Positions 11,850 through 23,394 of a stretch of DNA of 64,000 nucleotides are shown one piece after another. The stretch comes from Lama guanicoe (Eukaryota). Made by a program: the position numbers and the translations under genes. Within the stretch, counting starts at the first letter, position 1. Every line of letters starts with the position of its first letter. Under the pieces are notes generated by a model that was not told where the DNA came from, ran no database searches, and saw nothing but the letters and a program-made list of their open reading frames with translations. Location: the NCBI GenBank assembly GCA_013239625.1, contig MU053487.1:62001-126000 (forward strand), written 5' to 3'.

Positions 11850-13240
11850 TACATACGAGGATAAAGAGGTAATTATATCCAGTTGTTAAGAACCAAAATT
11901 TTCAGTGTAAAATAGAAACAAAGATAAAAATCAGTTAAGTAAAAACCCTATAATCAGGAAATCTCTGCACCTTCCACTCAATTTTGCTGTGAACCTAAAA
12001 CTACTCTAAAAAAGAGTCTATTTAAAAAGAAAAAAAAAACAATCTCCCATTTGAATTGGAAATATTAATATAACTAAAAATTTTTTCTCTTTGTAAAAAA
12101 AAAAATATGTCCTAGCAATAGCCACAGAAACAGTTTAGAAATGACACTAGCACTTAGCTCCTCTAGCACTTAAGTTATGATCTCTAAATATTTCTCACTA
12201 AAAGAAACCAGGACTCCTTAAGAAATTACTTAATCCAAGTCAGGGGCAGAATATGTACAAAATAAGCCTAAAACTATCAAAACTATTAGGGCTACAACAA
12301 AATGACACAGAAGCCAATTTGAAGGAGCTCCAACTGGCCAAAGATGGGGATATTTTGAGCAGTAAAAGATGTACCATTTCAATGGGTTTAAACACACCAA
12401 ATATACAAAAGTAGCCAAATTCATAATACTCCCTCCCACCCAAAACCAAAGCTTATTGATTATCTTTGGAGTTTGCTGGGTGTATCAGCTCATCATTCTG
12501 AATACTGATGAATCAAGGGAAAGAACAGAATTCTTTATAGAAGAACCACAGCTTGCAAATGCAGAAGAAACGATGAAATTGAGAATCACTGTTTTGGGGA
12601 CTGATGGCAGGATTACATTTCTAAATGCTACAAAAATTCCTTCAGAACTTAGAACTGAGGTAAAATGTTTCCATTGTCTCTTCATTATATAAAAGTCAAC
12701 TAATTATTCCCAGAAAGCCTGTTTAGTACTCTGGCCTACAAAATTCTGTATTCAATGTATCAAACTAAAAAGAAAAAAAATCACCACTTTACAATCCCTA
12801 GTGGGATAATGACTTTAGGCAACAATCATCAATGACTGCTGAAGCATTAGATGAAAAGATGACGTGAAACTTTCTAGCAGAGGGGCCAAGCTGACAACAC
12901 CTGGACCCACGGGTCAATCTTAGCATCACTGAAAGCAATGAAGTCTTCCTACCATAAAAGGGGAAAAGTTGAACATGAATCTATCCAGCTTCTAGTTCTA
13001 ACTTTAACAGACGTCTGCATCTACCAGTTTGCAGAAAATACGAGGACAGTACATGTTAAACACCACCACAAATCCAAAGTACCAAGATATAATATCCAGT
13101 TAAGTTGAACAAGCAAATGACATAAAATAAGAGGGGAGGGTATTTTACAGACTTAGAAAGATTAAAGAAATATATCAAATACAATATACGAAGCTTGTTA
13201 TTAGATCCTGATTCAAGTAAAAGAACTATTAAGTGACATA
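11850..13240 (+). mobile_element. Ancient L1 (L1MC/L1MD-like) 3' region
   Basis: aagaaaccaggactccttaagaaat; ggagctccaactggccaaagatggg; aggcaacaatcatcaatgactgctgaagc; appears to resume after the younger L1 at ~16060. Confidence 0.6.
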
Positions 13241-16050
13241 ATTCCTCAAGAAATTGAAAAACTAAACCTAAAGCTAGCTAGGAAATAATGAAAATTAGAG
13301 CAGAGGTAAATGAAAGAGAGAATGAGGGAGAAAAAAGAAAAAAATCAATGAAAGTAAGAGTTGGTTTTTTGAAAAGATCAACAAAATTGACAAAATTTTA
13401 GCTACATTAACTAAGAAAAAAGAGAGGACTCAAATGACTAAAATCAGAAATAAAAGAGGCACTATTACAACTGATGTCACAGAAAAAAAAAAGGATTATA
13501 AGAGACTACTGTGAACAATTGTGTGCCAACAAACTGGTAATCTAGAATAAACAGATAAATTCCTAGAAACATACAACCTACCAAGACTGAATCATGAAGA
13601 AACAGAAAATCTGAACAGACCAATAAATAGGAAGAAGATTGAATCAGTAATTGAAAATTTCAAAGAAAAACCAAGGACCAGATTACACACCATGACCAAG
13701 TGAGATTCTGAATGACAGAATGATTCAACATGTGAAAATCAAGCAACAGAATATACCATATTAACAAAGTGAAGGACAAAAACCACATGATTATTTCAAT
13801 TGAGGCAGAAATAGAAAGGATTCAACACCTTTTCATGATTAAACACTCAACAAATTAGGAAGAGAAGGAAAGTACCTCCACGTAATAAAGGCCACATATG
13901 AAAGCTCACAGTTAACATCATACTCGAAGGTGACAGACTAACAGCTTTTCTTCTAAGATCAGGAACAAGGCAAGGATGCCTGCTCTTGCCACTTTCATTC
14001 AAGATACTATTGGAAGTCCTCGCCAGAGCAACAAAGCAAGAAAAAGAAATAAAAGGCATTCAACTGGAAAGGAAGAAGTAAAATTATCTCTCTTCACAGA
14101 TGACATGATCTTATTTATACGCAGAACACCTAAAGATTTCATATACAAAAAAAATGTTAGAACTGATAAATTCAGCAAACTTGCAGGATACAAAATCAAC
14201 ATACAAAAATCAGTGGCATCTCTATGCACTGACAATGAACAGTCCAAAAAAGAAATTAAGAAAACAATTCCAATTATAATAGCATCAAAAAGAATAAAAT
14301 ACTTGGGACTAAGCTTTAACCAAGGAGGTGGAAGACTCATATACTGAAAACTACAAGACGCTGCTGAAAGAGATTTAAGACTCAAATAAATGGAAAGACA
14401 TCCCGTGTTCGTGGATTGAAGACTTAGTATTGTTAAGACGTCCATACTCCCCAATGTGGTCTACAGTCACTGTAATCTCTATCAAAACCCCAATAGCATT
14501 TTTTTTTCAGAAATAGACCAATTCATCTTAAAATTCATATGGAATTTCAAGGAGCCCAAATAGCCAAAACAATTTTGGAAAAGAAGAACAAAGCTGGAAG
14601 ACTCACGCTTCCTGATTTCAAAAGATATAACAAAACTACAGTAATCAAAGCGATATATACTGATACTGATATGAAGACAGACAAATAGACCAGTGGGAAA
14701 GAAAAGGCAGGCCTGAAATAAACCGTCACGTGCACATTTAAATGGTCTTCAGCAAGGATGCCAAGACCACTCAACAGGGAAAGGACAGTGTCTTCAACAA
14801 ATGGTGCAGGGAAATCGGGCGTCCACATGCGGAAGGACGAATGTGGACCCTTACTTCACACCATATACAAAACTTAACTCAGAATGGATCAAAGGCCTAT
14901 CCATAAAACCCCAAATTTAAAAACTGCTAGAAGAAAACATAGGGGGAAAGCTTTATGATATTGGGCTCGGCAGTGACTTCTTGGATATGACACCAAAAGC
15001 ACAAGCAACAAAAGCAAGAAAATGGAGAAATGGGACACCAAACTTAAAAACTTTTGTGTATCAAGGGACACAAGGGTCAAAAGTCAACCTATGGAATGGG
15101 ATATAATATCTGCAAATCAAATATCTGGTCAGGAGTTACTATTCAGAATATATAAAGACCCTCTATAATTCAACAATAAAATCAAATAACCTGATTTTAA
15201 AAAGGGCAAAAGACTTGAATACACATTTTTTCCAAAGATAATATCCAAATGGCCAACAAGTATATGAAAAGATGCCCACCATCACTGATTATCAGAGAAA
15301 TGCAAATCAACATCACAATAAGTTATTACCTCACATCACGATCAAAAACAAACAAATAAAAAAAACCAGAAGGTAAGTTTCAGTGAGGATGTAGAGAAAC
15401 TGGAACACTTGGGTACTGCTGGTGGGACTGTTAAGTTGTTCAACTACTATGGAAAACAGTGTAGGGGTTCCTCAAAAAAAAAAAAAAAAGAAAGAAAGAA
15501 AGAAAAATAGAACTACTGTATCATCCAGCAATCCCACTTCTGGGTATATACTCAAAAGAACAGAAAGGGTCTCAGGGAGGTATTTGCACACCCGTGTACA
15601 CAGCAGCACTATTCACAATGGGCAAGAGGTAGAAACAACCCAAATGTCCTCTGATGGATGAAAGAATAACAAAATGTGGTCTGTACATACAATGGAATAT
15701 TACTTGGCCTTTAAAAGGAAGGAAGTCTTGTCACATGGATGAACACTGAGGATGTTATGCCAAATGAACTAATCCAGTCACAAAAGACGATAACGCATAA
15801 TTCCACTTGCATGAGGTACCCAGAGCAGTCAAATTCATAGGAACAGAATGCAAAGTGCTGGTTACCAGGGGCTGGGGCAGGGGAGGAAGGGGAGGAGTTG
15901 TTTAACAGATACAGTTTCAGATTGGCAAGATGAAAAAAGCTCTGGAGATCTGTTTTACAACAATGTCAATATACTTGACACTACTGAGCTGTACACTTAA
16001 AAACCACTAAGATGATAAATTTTAGGCTATGTGTTTTTTTTTTTACCACA
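13240..16050 (+). mobile_element. 5'-truncated L1 (L1MA/MB-like): degenerate ORF2 RT region plus 3'UTR
   Basis: Frame fragments [16 protein letters not shown] and FSKLAGYKINIQKSVA match the L1 ORF2 RT; many stops and frameshifts; L1 3'UTR runs to ~16050. Confidence 0.92.
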
Positions 16051-19000
16051 CATACATACACAGACAGTTGAGATAATCAGGAAGAACTGAAAACTCTTTA
16101 CACAGTTAACTGCAGTTGAATCTTGTACTTACCTATAACAGATGTAGCTACTCAACCCCCAGAGAGTGGGAAAAACACTTTTATTGAAAGACAGAAGACC
16201 TGGCTTCTAGCCCCAAGTCTCCTAACTAGGTATTAGATGATATTAAAGAATTATTCTGAATTTCCTTGGCTGTAACAGCATTATGGAGATGCTTTTTAAA
16301 TAAGCATTTATACTGAAGTACTTTGGGGTAAAGTTACATTTTCTAAGATTTTTGTTAATATACTCCAGACAAGAAAGAAAAAAGAAAGGGCAAGCATAGA
16401 TGAGAAATAACAGTAGAAGAGTCAGTTGTTGAAGCTGGATGATGAATATATGGGGATTCAGGTGCTAGTCTCTCTACTTTGGGAATATTTTCAAATTTTC
16501 ACAATAAAAAGCTTTAAAAGAGAAAGCAAAATAAGGGGGGAAAAGGATGGATGAGTGAATGCATGTTTGGAATGGATGGCAGTAGGATTAATGCATTGAG
16601 ATTTTATAACAATAGTATCATAATACACACGATTGTTAATTTTTAAAAAGACTCACGTTTCATTTTATGAACTTTCATTTAACAGATTTTGAAAAAGAAA
16701 TTAGAATGAAATTGAAAGAATTTTCAGGCTTCAAGTAAATGTTTCTCACGACCTCCTCCCAACCCCTTGCAATAAATAAACTTGTCCAAGGTAAGCGACT
16801 GAAGAACAGAGAACAGAGGCACCAAGTGTGCTGTGGAGAGCCGCCTGCCCCCCAGGACCATATCTGGACACAAATGGAGAAATTTCTGCTGGGGAAACAT
16901 CCACCACATCATGGAACACAAACCAAGTACAAAAAGGTGCTGCTGACTGTTCCTTGGGCACACAGACGGACCTGTTTCATTTCTATCTATAGAGAGGAAT
17001 CAGTCAAGCCGGGACTTCAGAGCAAGGACAACTGGTACACAAGACAGATGCCAGATGAAAGCAGGACTGATGGAAGTAACTCTATCAAGCTCAGGGCACT
17101 GACGAGAAAGATCTCAAATCAAGACAACAGTGTAATAACCTGGTGAGAAGGCGAGTCACCCGGGACCCGCTGCACCGAGGGGTGGAAAACAAACAGCACA
17201 ACTTTCAGTCTGCTGGGATCCAAATGAGAGAGCTGGAAAGTCGGTGATCGGAAAGGGAGTCAGGGCATGAGAAAGGGAGTGGGTCTGGAAGAGTGACGAC
17301 CTTCTTGAGGCCGGGAGAGGCGGGGAGCTTGAGTGGTGCCATGGAGAAGGGTGCCAGGGAGCTTGAGCAGAGCAGGCAGGGGCGCTGCCCTGGGCAAAGA
17401 AAGTCCTTCCCCGCCGGTAGGCCCACCACCTGCAGAATGTGTTCAGGAAAGGCTCCCCAGTGGTGCTTCCTCAGTTCTGAAGCTGTTTTTCCCCCAGCTC
17501 ATTCTCCACTGTGAGGATGATTAAACATGGGGTGGGGGGGGCGGTGTAAATAGTGATGTAATCACTGAAATCTCAACTCAAAGACACACTGGAAACTTGA
17601 CTGGAAGGTCAATACTTTGGCTGCTGAGACATGAGAAAGGTGGCCTCCAGGACCCCCAGGGTTCCCGTAAACACCAAGAGGACCAGGAGGAAAAGGAAGA
17701 GACTCACTCTGGCCAGACAGAGCATGCACAAGGAGATGGGAGCACAGGCAGAGGAAAGCCATCCATGCCCCTGCAGTCGCTGCTTTTGACAGATCACCGG
17801 CCCCCTGGCAGGCGGCGTGGTACCCACTCACGTTCCCGGGACTGGCTGCTCTACAGAATCTCTGGGCACTGAGACCAACACAGTTCCTCAGTGTGCCTCA
17901 GGTGATGCTTAAAAATGAACATAAAGTACCCCCAGCAACTCTGTGCCATGACTTAACACTCTCCCCACGAAACACTCTTGAGGTAGATAATCATCCCCAT
18001 TTCAGAGTAAGGGAAGCCAAGGCCCAGGAAGGTCAAGTTTGCCCGATGCTGCCTGACAAGCGAGCCGGAGGGTGAGCCCCCCACCCCACCCGCGTCAGAG
18101 TTCCCTGCCAGAAAAAGATTTTCAGGGAGGCCATTTCTGACAGGCCTTATTGCTATCCTAGGGTCAAAGGGTCCCCTGCCTCCAGCCAACAGGGGTGGGA
18201 CCACACCAGACATGGTAACCCCTGCCTCTTTTTCTATGGGTCCAGTGCAGAGATGGCCGTATGGTTCGGTGGTCAGAGCCCTAGGACAGGGAATGATGGG
18301 GCCAGGCCCAGGGGGTGGGGGTGAGGGCAGGGGTGGAAGCCACCAAGCAGGAAGGACAGCCCAGCACCCCACAGCCAGGAGGGAACTGGGGCCCTGCCAG
18401 AGCTCAGAGCCCTGCCACTCCCCAGGCAAGCTACCACCTCCCCCACTGGTAGGTCGGGAACCTCCACTTCCAGGGAAAAAAAATCAGACCCACCCTGGCG
18501 TAGAGGGTGGGTGCTATGGTTTCCGGACGGTTCCCCCAGTGTAAGTCATCCTTTGAAACCAGCCCACCCTCTTGCAGGCCCAGCCCGCATCATTATGGTG
18601 AATGGAAATCAGCCTCAAGCAGACCGTTCCAAAGGACATCAGGCTTCCGGCCCTTGTTTGTTCTCTTTACACTGTTACCTGCGTCTGAATCTAGAACAGA
18701 TACAGCTACCTATCAGGCAGTGGAGAGAACACTTACACTGGGAGGTAGAAGACCTGGCTTCTACAGGAGTCTCCTACATCCCTGGTTGTGCTGCCAAGGC
18801 CCTATCTCTCTTGGCCTCAGTTTTCTCATCTCTCAGTGGTGGGGAGCAGCTGTCCCTAATCCCCCCAGCCAGGTGTCGTACACCCTCTGAATCCCTAGGC
18901 AGCAGCACTAGGGCCGTCACCTACCAGAGCTAGCATCCGTCCCCTCACCCCCAACCCCAGCCTCACTCAAGGCCCAGAACAGGATGAGCCCCGTAATCCA

Positions 19001-19525
19001 GCCAGTCTCGCTGATGCTCTCAGTACAGGTGACTCTGACAGAACCAAGGGAGAAAAGAAAACCTTCTTCTCCAGCAGCCATCTCCCGTGTTCTCCCAGAC
19101 GCCCTAGCAACACTGCCCCTTCCCCAGAAAGCTCTGGATCAATGATTCTGGAAACTGCTTAAGCCCTAAAGAGGATTTTAAAACACCAAAAGTCCCTTTC
19201 CTACTCCACTTTCCCGAGGCATCCCTCTCCAGCAACCCCCCTGGTTTGAGTTCATCCCCTCCATGAGCTCTGCAGAGGAGGACGGCATACTCCACGTCAT
19301 CTGGAAAACAGATACCTGTTCTTACACAAGGGGCTTGAGTGGCCTGACAAATGCCTGTAAGACAGAGATGACCATCTGCAGAGTTAACCTGCCTGGACTT
19401 GCCAGGCTTGTGACAAGCGTGTGTTGGCAGGAGAGGCTGGAGGAGGGGCAGCAGGGAGCCTGCCCTGCAGGGGGATGGAGACGGAGGGCCAGGGCAAAGA
19501 GGAGGCACACGGGGCAGGGGTGGGT

Positions 19526-20869
19526 TCAGGGAGCCCGCCGCAGGATGAGCTCTGTAATCTCCGCCCTGCTGCCCAGCCGCATGGGTATCCCGTAGTAGGC
19601 GGTGCCAGGGCTGACATATACAAACGTAGTCTGGGCCACTTGGTAGAGACCAGCAAAGAAAGGGTTCAGGAGGTAGGCTGCCACATTCAAGGGGAAGATC
19701 TGCCCAGCGTGCGTATGCCCAGAGAGGATCAAGTTAATGTCCGGCCGAGCCTGGAGGGCTCTCTTGGCAGCCAGGGGCTGGTGAGCCAGCAAGATGGTGG
19801 TGTGGTCGGGGCTGCAGCCCCCTAGGGCCTTCTCGAGATCCATGCCGTGGCCAGAATAGTGCAGGATGTCTGCTTCGATGTCGTCCACCCCCGCCAAGCA
19901 GATCCAATCGTCACCCTCAACCCCGCCAGGCTTGGCCCGGGTGGCAGAAATCTTCACATTCTCATTGTGCAGGGGCCTGACGTTCAGTGACTCTAGCAGT
20001 GCAAACCAGTTGCTGACATCCGACGTGTAGTACTCGTGATTCCCTGTGACGAAGTAGGTGCCGAGGCGTGAACGCAGCTGGCCCAGGGGAGCCACAGCTG
20101 TGCGGAGGATGGAGGCTTCAGAATCGCAGAGGTCGCCCACAATCACCGTGACATCCGGCCCCAGCCTGTTCACCATCCTCACGAACATTTCCATCTTGGT
20201 CCTGCCCACGGTGGGGCCCAAGTGGATGTCTGAGAGCAGCACGATCTTGAGGTTGTCCATAGAGGCGGGTAACTGATGGGTTGGCACCTCCACAGTTTTC
20301 ACAGCCGGGGGCTGGGCAGCATTCAGCAGCCCGATCACGCTGAGCACGGCGGTCACCACCACTGCCAGCGCCGGCCTGAGCGCCAGCTTCCTGGTCTTGT
20401 CAAGGCTGCCCACGGCCCTGCCGGCGCGCCAGGCCAAGAGCTGGTAGGCCTGCTCCATGCCGCTGAGGGTACAGAGGAAGAAGACCATGATGATGTATGC
20501 ACCGAGGCAGGAGTAAGCAGCCAGGGAAAAGAGATAGGGCTCCTCTGCCACCAAAAAGAGCATGGTGAAGAAGCTGGAATGGGCCAGGGCCAGGAAGGCC
20601 ACCACGGCCATCTTCCAAAGCTGGAAACAGGCCGACTCCGCAGCTGGGGAGTGGCTGAGGTTGCCGACCGTGCTCCGCCAGATGTAGAGGGAGCCGAGGA
20701 GCATGAGAGAGTTGGCAAAGAGGGCAAGCTGCAGGCGGAACAGCCACCGCCAGGCCCTGAGCTCAAGGCTCTGGGCCAGGTAGGAACGGGAGATGATCAT
20801 GGACACGAAGATAGTGCCAGCAGCCAGGGCGGCCTTGGTGCCCAGGGACAGCTGCCTGAAGATGGCCAT
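19526..20869 (-). CDS. TMPPE: Transmembrane protein with metallophosphoesterase domain (447 aa, uninterrupted CDS, nested in GLB1 intron 1)
   Basis: Intact [13 protein letters not shown]... with N-terminal hydrophobic segments and calcineurin-like phosphoesterase motifs SDIH, GDLCD, GNHE, HQP, GHTH; strong Kozak ggcATGG; known nested position in GLB1. Confidence 0.97.
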   Translation of the reverse strand: MAIFRQLSLGTKAALAAGTIFVSMIISRSYLAQSLELRAWRWLFRLQLALFANSLMLLGSLYIWRSTVGNLSHSPAAESACFQLWKMAVVAFLALAHSSFFTMLFLVAEEPYLFSLAAYSCLGAYIIMVFFLCTLSGMEQAYQLLAWRAGRAVGSLDKTRKLALRPALAVVVTAVLSVIGLLNAAQPPAVKTVEVPTHQLPASMDNLKIVLLSDIHLGPTVGRTKMEMFVRMVNRLGPDVTVIVGDLCDSEASILRTAVAPLGQLRSRLGTYFVTGNHEYYTSDVSNWFALLESLNVRPLHNENVKISATRAKPGGVEGDDWICLAGVDDIEADILHYSGHGMDLEKALGGCSPDHTTILLAHQPLAAKRALQARPDINLILSGHTHAGQIFPLNVAAYLLNPFFAGLYQVAQTTFVYVSPGTAYYGIPMRLGSRAEITELILRRAP

Positions 20870-20977
20870 GCCTCCACTCCTAAGAGGCTCCCCTGCCAGT
20901 TCTGTGTGGGTGGGCTCGGGAAAGTGAGCTCCTTAGAAAGGACAGTGGCCAAGGAGAGGTTTCCAGGTCAGCTCCGC
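20870..20977 (-). other. TMPPE: Predicted 5'UTR part of the TMPPE coding exon, with its splice acceptor
   Basis: Minus strand reads ctgac(branch)gccggttcctggttgcag|GCGGAG; the AG is at 20979-20978; no ATG in the 108 nt before the start. Confidence 0.7.
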
Positions 20978-21246
20978 CTGCAACCAGGAACCGGCGTCAG
21001 CTTTGTGGGATAATAGAACCTCCTTGTCCCCATTCAAAACCTGAAGGCCGCTTATATCTACCCAACCTGCCTAGAAGCCAAGCCACTCAAATACCAGCCA
21101 ATCACTACACTTTATTACTGAAATACAGATACACTGGATTGTAACGTGATGGGCTGTCTTCATTTTCTTACAGTTTTCTGAATGTTTAAAGTTTTTCTAC
21201 AAGGTACATGAACTTCTTTTATAGTAAGAAAAGTATGATTCTAAAT

Positions 21247-21624
21247 CAGCGGTTCTCAAAGTGTGGCCCAGGGAGACCCTTTGAGAAGGGTGGTTCATTT
21301 ACTCAAAACTATTTTCATAATAATACTAAGCCAAAAAGCCTTCCCATTCTCTTCTCTCATGAGTGTACAGTGGAGTTTTCCAGAGGCTCCATGAATGCAG
21401 AAGTAGCTATGAGAATCCAACTGCCATCTGTTAAGACAGACTTGAAAGAGATTTGCAAAAATGTAAAATAATGTCACTCTTGGTCCTCAAATTTGGGGAG
21501 AAATAGTTATTTTTCAAAAAAATAAGTTGACTAACATCTAATGAATGTATTATTTCTTAAGTTAATAAATATTTTTAAATGTTCTGTTTTAACTTCTGGG
21601 ATGGCTAAAGTTTGAGAACCGCTG
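21247..21624 (+). mobile_element. hAT-Charlie DNA transposon (Charlie4a-like) with intact ends
   Basis: 14-bp perfect TIRs cagcggttctcaaa / tttgagaaccgctg; 8-bp TSD ttctaaat (21239-21246, 21625-21632); internal gagtgtacagtggagttttccagaggct. Confidence 0.85.
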
Positions 21625-23114
21625 TTCTAAATAAATGTAAACAAGGAAATCATGGAAAGCTAGTCTGCTAATATCTTTTTCAGCTCTAGGACCAGGCACA
21701 AGACCTAGGTGCCTGACCTAAGAATCTCTAGGGTGAAGCCAGCCTCCCAGTGTGGGCTTTTGGGCCTGGCAGTCATAGGACAGCCCCCGCTGAGTGAGGC
21801 TGAACAAGGATGATTATCAATCGTGACACGGAGGGCTGCCCTGTCTCCCAGCCCCTCCTCCATAAATTCTTATCCCTCCCCTCTCACAACCTTCCTAGAT
21901 GCTGGTTAAGATCTGCCTCCCGCCCCCCCCCCCATCTTTCTCTGCCACTGGCAACCCATGAACTTTTGTCTCGTGTTTCTCATAGCTGGCGAATTCCCAC
22001 TCCAGGGCTCCAGGCAAAAAACCAGGGCAAGGGAACCAAAGACCAAAACAAACATTCCTTTGAAATGACCTTTTCCCAAGAAGAACCCCAAGTTAAAATA
22101 CTTTCGAACGTTGTTTTCCAAATACCTAAGAATCTCAACATGGGTTTTAGACAGGTATATGACTTTTTTTCTGCTCCAGGCACTTTACTGAAAACCTTTT
22201 ATCAAAGGGTATAATCTGCAAGTCAACGGGCCCAAAGTTCATAGGTTTCTACTTAAAACAAGCACCCGACTCAGCCCATTCAAATTCTGAAGGAACCAAA
22301 GTTGGTTCGCTGAACGTGCGGAGAGACAGGTGCCAGTTTCAGTCTGGCGCTCCCCCACCCCCAGACCCCCGCACCTTTCCGCGGCCGTGATGCCGGCCTC
22401 CCCAGGAGCGAGTCCGAGGTCCCTCGGGCCCTTTGCCTTAGCTCTGCCGGGTGGGCTGAGGCTGTGCTTCTAGACCTCCCGCCAGCTACGCAGCGGCGCC
22501 GGCGGCCACCTGCGGCCTGCCTCTCGCCCACCGCCAAAGCCTGAAGGTTTGGAAAATCCAAGCCATAAAAGTAGGCAGCGGGAAGTGGCGAGAAGGGCAG
22601 GAGATGTTTGAAAAGAGAACACCTCGAAGGAAATTAGCCCAATGTTCTCTTTGCGGGGGCCTCTCCTGACCCCATTTTCTCCTTCCGGAGCGCTCAGCAG
22701 AGCACAAACTGGACAAGGGAGGGCGCCCCAAACCAGAGCCCTAGGCGCCCTCCAATATCATGCGCCCTATGTGGAATCCCCCTTCCGGAAAACCGCAAAG
22801 CAGGAAAGCACCTGAGCTCAGCCCCTCGTCGCGCGGATAGGGAAGCGGGTCCAAGCGAAAGCGGCGGCCGGGCGGAACACACGAGCGACAGAGCTACCGG
22901 GAAGGACGCGCGCCGCGCCCGGCCCGCCCCCGACTGGAGGGCCGGCCCACTGCCTGCGCTCCCTCGGCTGCCTGAGGAGCCGGGCGCGCCCGGGGTGGGG
23001 GGGTGTCCCAGGAACCCCGCCCCGTAGGACCCCCGAGTGGCCGCAGCTCCAGCCCGGTCTCTCGCCAGCCTGTCCCCTAGCCATCATTCCCGCTCGAGGG
23101 TCCAGTGGACTTAC

Positions 23115-23192
23115 GTGCAAGCCATGCGCAGAGCCCAGCAGCAGCGGCACCAGCAGCAGGGAGAAGATACGAACGACTCCCGGCGTGTCCAT
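23115..23192 (-). CDS. GLB1: Beta-galactosidase coding exon 1 (signal peptide, 26 codons)
   Basis: ATG at 23192-23190 (aggATGg) gives MDTPGVVRIFSLLLVPLLLGSAHGLH, then gtaagt donor (23114-23109), phase 0, joining exon 2 NASQRTF in frame. Confidence 0.95.
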
Positions 23193-23384
23193 CCTCCAGC
23201 CTCCCGGCTCCTCAGTCAGCGCCGGGGCAGCCGCCGGGCGTCGTTTTACTGGGGACCGGCGGCCTGGCACCGCCCCTCACGGGCCCGCCACCAGCCCCCC
23301 GCCAGCTCCGCCCCGCCCCGCCCCGCCCCGCCCCACGGCCGCAGAGCCCGGAGCCCCGCAGGCGCGAGCCTGAGGCCTCGCGCG

Positions 23385-23394
23385 GCCGCGTGAC
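23385..23394 (-). promoter_or_regulatory. CLEAR-like (TFEB/TFE3) element
   Basis: Reverse complement GTCACGCGGC, 8/10 to GTCACGTGAC, ~190 nt upstream of the ATG of a lysosomal gene. Confidence 0.55.

Noticed and set aside
13847..14454. RT-like ORFs suggesting an active retroelement or RT-based system
   Set aside because: Fragments of a dead, 5'-truncated L1 ORF2 with frameshifts and stops.
20276..21013. 245-aa plus-strand ORF and other ORFs overlapping TMPPE
   Set aside because: Antisense or out-of-frame shadows of a GC-rich CDS; no recognisable protein features.
22818..23270. 150-aa ORF spanning GLB1 exon 1
   Set aside because: Starts at a GTG in the leader and runs through the gtaagt donor into CpG-island intron; only the 26 exon codons are supported.
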